A DNA stretch of 62,929 nt, counting the filler, from Perkinsus chesapeaki ATCC PRA-425 (lineage: Eukaryota; Protista; Perkinsozoa): assembly GCA_013115145.1 (NCBI GenBank). It is 9 parts of 9 records of this genome, joined end to end, with 100 filler letters (N's around TTAATTAATTAA, not from the genome) between each part and the next. Parts side by side here need not be neighbours in the genome. Positions count along the whole stretch, not along the records: positions 1 to 20,398 come from JAAPAO010000620.1; positions 20,499 to 37,131 come from JAAPAO010000701.1; 7 more parts are not named here. The stretch is one strand, 5' to 3'. Position 1 is the stretch's first letter. The number at the start of each line of letters is the position of its first letter. Under the pieces are notes generated by a model. That model did not search any database, was not told where the DNA came from, and worked only from the letters and a program-made list of their open reading frames with translations. Positions 12,800 to 22,486 of the stretch are shown here, in pieces. The position numbers and the translations under genes were made by a program.

Positions 12800-13770
12800 G
12801 TATGTGTTTTATATTAAGACAACAATAACAACGTAACATCTAATACGTGAATTCAAGCGGTATCAACTGGACACTCAGGTAGCATTAGAGAGTTCATGAG
12901 CTAATCGGAGTAATGAGTAATCGGACTAGAGAAGCGAGGCAGAATTTTGTTCTATTACAAACTGTTCCACGCACCGTGACGCTGTCACGGTGACTGTCAC
13001 AGTACCGCTTCGCGTGGAGCACGATTACTCGGCACCCTGACAACGAGGCGTGGAGCACATCATGTTTTACACTTAATTTGAGTCACGTTTCAGCTATTTG
13101 TCGGTTCGCGTTATGTGTCACAAGTTAGACGACTGAAGCACATGGATCATGTGGCATGATGGCTGGACTCCAGCCGCTAGAGCATGTTGTTAGCTAGATA
13201 CTCATATATTCATTGGAGAATGTACTCAGCATACGTAGCAGACATTATGCTCGGTACGCATGATATAATTGCTATGATATAGGCAACACTATTATATGCG
13301 TAGTCTTCGCTCTGTCACAGAACCTGTGTAACCCTGCAAGTGTTACATCTGCTCGATGAATTCACGGAGTGAGTTCGGCCGTGAGTTCCTTGTGGATGAG
13401 TGGGATGTCTAATTTCCGTCATTTAAAATTCTCGCCGAGGATTCATTGGGACACAAAAATTGTCTAAGTGGGCCTTTGAAACAAGGATGCAAACTAATAA
13501 TATGATCGGTGGATTGAGAACGATAATACCATGAGGGCCCGTAGTGCTGCCGCAGACAAGCTCGCAAGCCTGTGAATAACAACTTGATGTCAGATAAGAC
13601 CACAGTCATCAGGCATCGGCAACCCGAGCTAGTCAAAACTGCAGTGAAATAATTAAGCCTTGATCCCAAAGGGAGACAGGCAAACTCAACCATAAGTGGT
13701 AGCCTACAGCTAAGTTGGTAGCTCGAACTTAGCAGTATTATTGTGTAGGAGAATCTACACGGTCGCTACA

Positions 13771-16700
13771 CTAGTCACCATCGCGCCTTGGCAAATGAGC
13801 TTGTTCTGGCCGACGGCGGCAGCTGAAGCAAAACCATCGCTTTTTGTTTCCAATTTTATCTAGGTGGCCGCCTGGAATCCCAGAGAATGATGCATAAGCT
13901 TCCACGCACTTGGTATGCCACCAGCCGACGTCACAATTGGTGTTACTGCACTCAATCATATCCACTGAAATTGAGTAACCAGAATGACATACACAATAAT
14001 CCTCCTGGCTAGTTCCATCATATTCAGGCCACTTGATACCGTCATAAATATGGGGTACTTGACGTTCCTTTCCGGACGGGAACTCGCCAGGCAAGTCAGT
14101 TCTGGCTCTCTTCCTGCGCAAACCATAGCGGATATCATTGGGAAGAGTTTGCTCGTCCAGCTGGCCATCCCCACGGCGTCGCAGCTGTGAGCGGCTAAAA
14201 TAGCAATTCGCTGTCTCCCATAGTTTTAAAGTGCGCACACACTTTTCCTCGCCTAGCGCATACTTCAGGCACAGAACGTGCGAACACGTTAGACCGAGAG
14301 ACCATTGATGGCAGGTACACCACATACACCTTGCTGTCTCACCCTCATATTGAACAGATGAGATCCGTACCACGGAGTACAACTTTTTTAGTCTATGAGC
14401 CTCTGCCAGATTAGAGTAATCGTGCTTACTCACCGCAGTTATATCGTTTTTCAGGCTACTGCACATTAGTTCATCGAAGGATGCATTCTGGAGAAGTCTA
14501 CTTGAGCGGCCAGCTTTGGCAGCGGAGAAGAGCCACCTGTCGTAGGGGTCCTCGACGCCCAACCTGGGCATTTCACAATAGTTTCCCTTTAGGTAATGAT
14601 CGGCTGCACCCTTCACCAACTTCTCCGTAGTCTCGCCTCTCACGTTGTCCCGCCCGTATTGGGACACCATCGCCCATCGGGCCGCATCCTCGAGCGTGGC
14701 AGTTAGGTCATTCAAGGTGAGCCGTTGCCGATTTGGGATCAACACACCTTTCAGCTCCTTATTCAGCCTTTCCACGGAGTTATTTGTCCGAGGTGCCTCA
14801 GTCTCTCCGCCGTATGTCCCCCAGAAACTGCGCCAATCCGATGGATCGAAATACCCCTTGAAATGTCGGAGGAACTGCTCCAGAGAGCTTCTTTCGGACT
14901 CGGTGAGCCTCGGTGGTCGTTCTGAAATTCAGAACGAATATTCAGAGCCTGAATATACAGGAGTATCCCTTTAGTCCCGAAAAATTTGATTTATTCGAAA
15001 AAGTACATTTTCTCGGGACACCCTGTGGAAAGAAGAGAAACCTATCAGACAGAATGACTCTCGTACATTGACTCGTAGGGATTCGTAGGGACTCTGAGGG
15101 ATTTTCTCGGCATCTGGTGTATCTCGAAGAGTTAGGAGCAACGAAGGTGGATTAATCAATGACTACCAGAATATTATGCATAGAGAGAAGATACCTAGGA
15201 CAGTCATTGATTAATCCACCTCCGTTGCTCCAAACTCCTAAAAAAGCACTAAAAATATGTAACATAATGTTACGCAGTGTGCTGATATAGCCCGTCAGAA
15301 ATATTGCCTACCTGCCGACCATTTCTTCATGAACAGGTCCCTGAGCTCAAGCCATTCTCCGCGACTCCCACTCTCGCCCATCAGGTTCAGGTCTTTTTTC
15401 ACTTCAAGCCAGAGACTTCCGCTTAGGCGACTCTTTCCTTTGGCGACTTTGGCATTCTGCATGACGTGGAAGTAGCAGCTCTTACAGGTAACAGATTCCC
15501 TCCCGTAACAGTCCACCAGGGCCTTATGTATGGCTCCACTACCATCCAAGACTGCTTCCTCAGGAGCCACTGTGCCCAAGCCAGCGGCGTGTGCCGCCTT
15601 GGAAAGCTCGCGGAGGCCATGCTCCAGACAGCTGCTAGACTCTTTATTCATGATGATTAAGGCAACTGGCTGGGCAGTAGAAGTTCTGGGAAGTGAGCAT
15701 ACTACACCCACCGCCAAGTCGGCGTGGGTGATATTAAAAGTTGCATCGAGACCTATCGTGCGACAGTTCTCCAAGTTGCATAACATCCGCGCACTCGTGA
15801 CCACTGCTGAGAACGCCTTCACTCCCCTGCGGTTACCAACAGCTGGACCAGGCTCACACAGTATGTTATCTAGCACAACACATCTGTCAGCAGTCCGGGG
15901 CCCGGACTCCGGGCACGGGTCAGATCATCGGGAGTATGCCTGCCTTCCGAAACTGCGAGCAAGCTGCGGATTGTCTCGGAGATATCGGTTCTCATTTCAG
16001 CCATGCTAATTGCCATCCTCTCGAGTCGGCGACAGAACTCGAAAACGCTCAGACCGGAACTCTTCGACTCTTTGATGGACCTTAGCACCTGCCTGACGGC
16101 CTCATAGTTCTTAAGTCCCTTGTTTGTCAAGAACTCCATCGTGGCCGATGAGTACGATCCTTCCAAGTTCTTGCGGAGACTCCGAGCTTCTAAGTCCTTC
16201 TTCTGCAAGATCGGCTCGCGTTGTAGCCACATGATCCAGTCATCAACGATATCTGGTGGTATGGTTTTGCTCCTACATACCGTGGTTCCAGGGAAATGGG
16301 CATGATCCTTCCATTGAGTCGCAGACGCCTGCACGTCTCTCAAGGCATAAAAATATGTGTAACCCTCGCGCTCCTGAACTCTCACCTCGCGCAGGGGACA
16401 GGTGAAAGCCTCCCACGACCGCCAGTCTGGTTTTCCTCCTTCAGCAGCAGGCTTGCCAGCATTCCTACTTCCGACAGTTCGCTGACACTCCAGATAGCAA
16501 GTTTGTCTTGCCCTCAACCCGTCCAGGCTTGTATGCATGAGGCGGAAGTGGTCATTGTCGGCAAGATATAATGCCACCACTTCACGAAGAGCACCCTCGT
16601 ATGCTGCGTAAGGCTCATCAAGGAACCGGGTTTCCCCCGCAGGAGGATCATCGGGCCTCACAGGAACTTCGAGGCCTTCCGGAGCCACCGAATTGCAGCT

Positions 16701-18036
16701 GGAACCTGAAATATACTTATCTTATATCAGTATGTATGTTCTTCTCACCATTTGTGTGGTCTGAGAGCTCGTCGGGTTCAGCGTAAGGATCTTCCAATAG
16801 AAGCGAAATATCTCCATTAGAATCACTCTGGCTGCATCTAAAAGACACGCTCGGTGACCCCCCATATTCTGTGCGTCGTGATATACAGTCATTTGTGGAG
16901 GGGTGTTTCAAGGGAAGTGTCAGTGGCATAATATGTACCTGTCTGAGTAACTGGTGTGCTCCTCGTGAATCTCTATACTCTCATCTTGATCAGGGCATCC
17001 TTGAGAAGGCCGAATTTCCGGGGCATCCGATGTTCCTGAACGAATGAAGTAAGTGCACCATGTAACAAGCCACGTCCTATTATAGGACTCCTAGATCGTC
17101 ATTTGAGAATGCTACTCAGGAACCGGAAAACTCACCTTGGCCCTCATGGCACTCATTGCCTCTGGAACCATTGCTTGTTGGTCGGAAGCTACCGGAGGCT
17201 GCGTTATCAGCGAGCTCGTCAACGACTTGGTCTAAGCTTTCTTGGTTGAGCTTAGGGAAAGTAAGGTTTAGCTTCTCGTGAAGAAGTTCAAAAAAGCGCA
17301 TTTGCAGTTCTATTGGCATGCTCTCTACTTTCTCAATTAGTTGCGGTCTTGCCGCACAATAATACACGGGGTTAGTGGGGTCACCGGTCATAGAATGCTG
17401 GTTCATCGCATAGTTCTGGGATGCCATCATGATGAATTTAAACTTCCTCAGTTCGTCACCCAAAGCATCGATCCTCTCCGCAAGGTGGGTGATGGTATTA
17501 TCAGAGTTAATTGACTCACCACTGGCCGGCTGGTCTGTTGTGTCTGGACCCCTCGTCGGGGGCACTATAGACAACCAGTTACGCTCTGAACATTGCTTAT
17601 CGAAACGCAGGGCTGCTGCATCCATGGTAAATATAGGCCATACCTTGGAGTTCTCGAGTGTACTCTTCAGGGGGAAGACTTTTATATATTCTGCTCCTGG
17701 CACCCGACTAAGAACAGTATATGCTACGCCCTGTAACCATGGTGCTTCCCAGAACCGAGCAACAACATCGTGGGCCGTCCTAGAATTATACTTGACTGAC
17801 CTTGCTGACAAGTAACCCCAGACACCAGCCAGGGTAGCACCCACAACTTTATGGGCTGTCACTGCATAGCATGCCGTAAGGGGGATCTGGCGACGCTCGA
17901 ACACTATCTTGCCGTCGATTGTCCTGACGATCATCGATTCTCGCTTGACATGGATAGGTTGCTCACAGTTATCGAAGTCCACGATGACAGTGGGGTGATG
18001 GGATTCATCGTTATATATTCTCACCACTGTACCCAT
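13771..18036 (-). mobile_element. Mutator-like (MULE) transposase gene, predicted spliced fusion: Pif1 helicase C-terminal domain - MULE DDE domain - SWIM - PHD finger
   Basis: Pif1 motifs RRQIPLTACYAVTAHKVVGATL and QGVAYTVLSRV. MULE motifs GLDATFN, VLDGSGAIHKAL, CYFHV and RTNNSVERLNKELK. SWIM CTCHQWSLGLTCSH. PHD YCVC...IECSNTNCDVGWWHTKCV...WFCFSC. Predicted introns 17036-17135, 16838-16938, 16706-16748, 15870-15943 (GC-AG) and 14922-15311 keep one frame: 3558 nt = 1186 codons. Confidence 0.8.
15129..15237. repeat. 36-bp inverted repeat (2 mismatches) with 37-nt spacer, inside transposase intron 5
   Basis: gagttaggagcaacgaaggtggattaatcaatgact (15129-15164) versus agtcattgattaatccacctccgttgctccaaactc (15202-15237). 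Confidence 0.85.
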
Positions 18037-18257
18037 CGCAGCGAGTGGATGCGCAACAACATGCGAACGAATGACATGTTGGTTGAAGCACTACCCAGTC
18101 ATGTTTGGTCCCCGCGTATCACATTGATGCATACATGATAGACCGACTCCAGTCTCTCTGGGCCAACCGTCGAGTCCTGTGGCATACCATGTCATCATAA
18201 CGACGTAACGAATACGATACTTGTTTGACAACAACACCACAGCACGTTGTTCGGATC

Positions 18258-18310
18258 TTAGATTAAGAATCTTAATCTAATTTAGATTAATCAATCTTAA
18301 TTTTAGATTG
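18258..18310. repeat. AT-rich palindrome plus degenerate (ttagatt/aatctt) repeats
   Basis: Perfect ttagattaaga-a-tcttaatctaa at 18258-18280, followed by partial copies. Confidence 0.75.
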
Positions 18311-19630
18311 TTAATGCATATCAAAGTACCATAGAGTAGTCGGACTGAATGGAGATGGTTGGAAGGCCAGCTGAAACACGGGGTAGATACGCAGGACATC
18401 ACTCTTAGCAGCGCATCGATCCATTGCACGCGTGCATAGCTTTTGAAATGAGGCAAGATATAGCCGATTATGACAGCGAGCTTCAGGCATGCGGTATGCT
18501 TGCTGCTCAGCGAACATATGTCGCACAGCAGATGGCATGGTGCCAGTCAGCTGGTGTTACAGTTTCACTCCCGTGGACAGGTTTACGCACCAGGTTGTTC
18601 TCGAGCGTCGAATCATCTGTAGCCGAATCGATGGCCCATACCGGTCGATTACCAGCCTAGCGAGTCACTCATAGCAGACCTCCAATAGCATAATGATACT
18701 CCCTGAGTGCTTAATTCTGGCGTACTGCCTCGGTCCTCCTCCTAAAGGCTATGTTCCGGCTCGACAATACCCTTCGCAAACTGTCGCAAACTGTCGCAAA
18801 GTCTTTCGGCAACTACTTTGAAGCGTGCCGTGAATTCCTAGACGGATTATCATGAGTCATGATTCATGACCACGAGTAGAATCTCATCATTGCTTTAAAT
18901 ACCCGCCTCTTGCTTGGAGTTTCAGGGAAGCCGATTACCTTAATCACTCGGGAGGGCTCGGAGGGACTAGCCTATTCACAACGTGGCCTGGAGTCGAGGA
19001 TGAGGTGAGATCATATTCCTGAGATGGACCGCCTTTGCGACGCAAAGTTTGCGCCACACGTTGGACTTGCGCTGCAGAGCTTCTAGGCTAGTATGGCTCA
19101 TGCTATATGAAACTCTAATGCCCAAACGAATCGAGACATTATAACAGCCTGAACGTGCGAACGAGTCCGAGGAAGCTGGGATACTATAATCTCTCTTAAA
19201 ATCTGTAACGAGAGTATTATTTGATAACAAAGGTCGCACTCAAAGACTTAGCCTTCGACGACGCGAGAATCTTACTCAAATTGGTACACAAGCAAAACCC
19301 ACAAGAAAAAGCCCGTCAATGATGACATTCGTTCAAGGGCAAGACTTTATTGCAGAGTCGCGACATTGTTGTGCCAACACAAGCTTTTCAAGTATGTGGC
19401 TTGGACTGTGTACACTAATGCTACGTAGGTAGCTAAGCTAATCCAGAACCAGTTCATTAGATAAGCATGCTTATTGTGCCCAGTTACATAAGATTCCGAG
19501 TGTCAAGGATCTAATCAATAGTCTCATCAGCTTACAACTTATTTGTTAACTTATTATATGTCTTCTTATCTGACTATACTCTACGGGCTTCTGTTGTCAT
19601 GTGTTTATACGTAAGTGATCAGGAAGCCAC

Positions 19631-20335
19631 TTGGGAAATATACCCCGAGAGACTGGCATACAAGCACAGTCAATCTCGAGCTTGAATTCTTGGATGGCGG
19701 TTCTGCTAAATACAAGATCTACTCCCCTCACCATGACATTTTGGACTATTGACTCCTACCGTGTTGTGATGCTCGGCCCTGCTGTATTTGCCGTCAAGGT
19801 CCCCCAATTTCGAGTGAACTATTGGTTGCACGAGCTGCCGGGCAGGTTCGAAGAATGGGGGCTGCGCGTCTTCTTCTATCACCCCTTGCTCGACATGATT
19901 ACCGTAAACGCGGCTGGACGTACCTTCCAGATAGCGCGTGCTTCGGACCCAGTGGAAAAGATCGCAGTCATTGACCCCAAGCAACCGGATGGTACTTATC
20001 AAAGTATCGAAGCCGGGTTGGAAGTGACTATGGAATTCGATTCGGCAAGAAGTCGTGCCATGTACCACTTACTATTACGAGATAAGGAATACGACTTCCC
20101 CTTCGACGTTGACTTTACCATGCTAAGCACCAGCTTGATTCGGGTGTGGGTGCCACAACACCAACTCTATGCCCTCCATGGAAGGTTTCCCGGTTTATCA
20201 CACGATTACTTCTATCTCAATCTCGGCTACGACCCTGTAAACAACGAAATTACATTCCTGCTCGATGAACTGCGCCAGGTAACGCTGAAAAATGTCCAAC
20301 CTATTACTACTACTACTACTGCTAATGAGTGTTAA
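19631..20335 (+). CDS. Hypothetical protein (up to 234 aa), intronless, apparent two-fold internal repeat
   Basis: Long clean ORF; likely start at an internal Met (MAVLL or MTFW). Two similar segments, VKVPQ...FFYHPLLDMITVNAAGRTFQI and VWVPQ...LGYDPVNNEITFLLDELRQVTL. Confidence 0.6.
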   Translation: MGNIPRETGIQAQSISSLNSWMAVLLNTRSTPLTMTFWTIDSYRVVMLGPAVFAVKVPQFRVNYWLHELPGRFEEWGLRVFFYHPLLDMITVNAAGRTFQIARASDPVEKIAVIDPKQPDGTYQSIEAGLEVTMEFDSARSRAMYHLLLRDKEYDFPFDVDFTMLSTSLIRVWVPQHQLYALHGRFPGLSHDYFYLNLGYDPVNNEITFLLDELRQVTLKNVQPITTTTTANEC

Positions 20336-20398
20336 CATGTTAACGCATGTTAAATACCGATGCGGATGGGCGCGGCACGCAGCGCGCTTCCGCGACAC
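20330..20398 (-). mobile_element. Short Ty3/Gypsy pol fragment at contig end
   Basis: Encodes HPHRYLTCVNMLT. A 41-nt stretch matches 62224-62264 (HPYRYLTWVNKLT, just upstream of the integrase H2C2 region) with 5 mismatches. Confidence 0.6.
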
Positions 20399-20498
20399 NN
20401 NNNNNNNNNNNNNNNNNNNNNNNNNNNNNNNNNNNNNNNNNNTTAATTAATTAANNNNNNNNNNNNNNNNNNNNNNNNNNNNNNNNNNNNNNNNNNNN
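20399..20498. other. Artificial contig-joining linker
   Basis: 44 N + TTAATTAATTAA (stops in all six frames) + 44 N. Confidence 0.98.
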
Positions 20499-20620
20499 AT
20501 TTGGCCCAAGAATGTTCGACCAGGATGGAGCGGTTGTGACTTGTAGAAGGCGCTGCACATGCGTGCACTTCAAAGTGAAGGATTCAATCGCTCCAAATCT
20601 TCCTCCTTTTAATCTTCAAA

Positions 20621-21571
20621 ATGAAGGCTTTTGTTTACAATGAGAATGGGGATATTGGGTATTCCAGCGACGGTACGTCTGTTCGACAACCCTCTGTTGA
20701 ACAAGTTCAAGTAAAGGTCTTAGCGGCCAGTATAAACCCAGTTGATCTCGGACTACCACATGCCCCTATTGTTAAGCAAAACGCGAGAAACAGACCGATT
20801 GGTTTTGATTTTGCTGGTGAAGTGACTATCGGTTGTGGTGAGTATAAGAAGGGTGACCTTGTATTTGGTATTGCTCGTCAAGGCTCCTTCTGTGAATATA
20901 CTGTTGCTGATGTTTCACGTATCACTCACATTCCAAAGGGTATGTCACCAGTGGTTGCTGCCTCATTGCCTGTCGCCTCGCTTGCTAGTCTCCAAGCACT
21001 TAATAAAGGCGAGGGCTTAGCTCCTGGAAAGAGCATCTTGATACTTGGTGCAAGTGGCGGAACTGGTGCGAGTGCTGTCCAGATTGCCAAGGCTTATGGT
21101 GCTAAGGTTTATGCGGTCTGCAGTGGAAGGAACGCTGAGTATGTTAAATCACTTGGTGCTGATGTGGTTATGGATTATACCAAAGAAGGTTTCCAGCTCC
21201 CTAATGAGCAATGCCCTCCCAACAGCGTTGATATGGCTCTCGACTGTGTTAAGAATCCCAACTACGAACCGATGGCTCGTAAAACGTTCAAAGAAGGCGG
21301 GAAATATGTAGCTCTTGGCTCTGATAGCCTCACTGACCGTATGGCTTATTTTATGGAACCCTTTTTACCTTTCCCGGTACAAAGGCCGAACTACTGTCAA
21401 GTTCTTGTTCAAGTTAACACTAAGGAGCTTGACGAGCTCAGCGATCTCGTTACCTCCGGTAAATTGAAAATTACCATCGATGAGATGCCTTTCACAGAAG
21501 AGGGTTGCGAATCGGCCGTTCAAGCTATTAAGGGCCGCCGGGCTCGAGGAAAGGTCGTTATTGTTATGTGA
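20621..21571 (+). CDS. MDR-superfamily NADPH:quinone oxidoreductase / zinc-type ADH-like protein (RTN4IP1/QOR-like), intronless, 316 aa
   Basis: VKVLAASINPVD, GFDFAGEV, nucleotide-binding ILILGASGGTG, ADVVMDYT and C-terminal RARGKVVI. Confidence 0.92.
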   Translation: MKAFVYNENGDIGYSSDGTSVRQPSVEQVQVKVLAASINPVDLGLPHAPIVKQNARNRPIGFDFAGEVTIGCGEYKKGDLVFGIARQGSFCEYTVADVSRITHIPKGMSPVVAASLPVASLASLQALNKGEGLAPGKSILILGASGGTGASAVQIAKAYGAKVYAVCSGRNAEYVKSLGADVVMDYTKEGFQLPNEQCPPNSVDMALDCVKNPNYEPMARKTFKEGGKYVALGSDSLTDRMAYFMEPFLPFPVQRPNYCQVLVQVNTKELDELSDLVTSGKLKITIDEMPFTEEGCESAVQAIKGRRARGKVVIVM

Positions 21572-22486
21572 CTCTGTTATCGAACGCGGCAAATAACGCA
21601 CCTGCTTGTCGTTTGTACGGAAGGATTTCGTTTGAACCGGCATTCTAGTAGAAATTCTACTGTAGAGTGATTCTACTATTACTCATCTCGCATTTGTTTT
21701 ATGATAACCCCAAAATGGGATGTTATGTTACAATCGTCTGACTTGAGTTTGTTAATCTATCATTGATTATTTAGGCTCGCCGATGTGGCCAATCCGAAAT
21801 GACACACACGAGGTGGAATCGCAACTATGCAGCAAGTGTGGAAGAACACGAGTTTCACCTGGTTAACGTGAAGAACTGGTTTTCGCGAAAACCGCGAAGT
21901 GTTACAGTGAAAAACCTTTCCGCGTTAAAACCGCGATAACGCGAAAAACACTTCCGCCATAACGCGTTGTAATGCGTTTTTTGCGCAATGCGAAGTCTAA
22001 AACGCGTTTTTTACAACGCCTTAAGTGATATGTTTCTAGTACCCCCAAATACGGCAGAGTGCTATCATAGCACTGCTATGTACAAACTCGAGAATAATAG
22101 TCAACAAGGGTAGGACCTGTAGCCTTTTTTGTGGGATGCAAATACGCTGTGTTTAGTGGTTGATAAGCAAAACTCTCTACTGTACGTTTCGTATTCTGTA
22201 TGGACCCAAGAGGTAGACTTCACGTCAAGCGTGAAGTCCAGGAGGGACATCTCTACACTCCTTTGTTCAATGACCGAGCACATGAGCCGTAGCCAATAAT
22301 TGATCGAGTAGGAAACGCGTATCGAATGGGCCATGGTACCTCCGATTGATCTCCCTAGCTCGGTTCATAGACTATAACGATGCCGAGAATGGGAAGCAGG
22401 ACCGTGTAGTCCCTTCGTATACTTGGTGTGTCACTGTTAGTGTTTGTCAGTTAACTATGTTACGCAACACAATACCGTTCATAAAG

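Noticed and set aside
17116-18036. Helitron
   Set aside because: Only the Pif1 C-terminal half is present. I found no HUH Rep motifs and no 3' hairpin-CTRR end, and the ORF splices into a MULE transposase instead.
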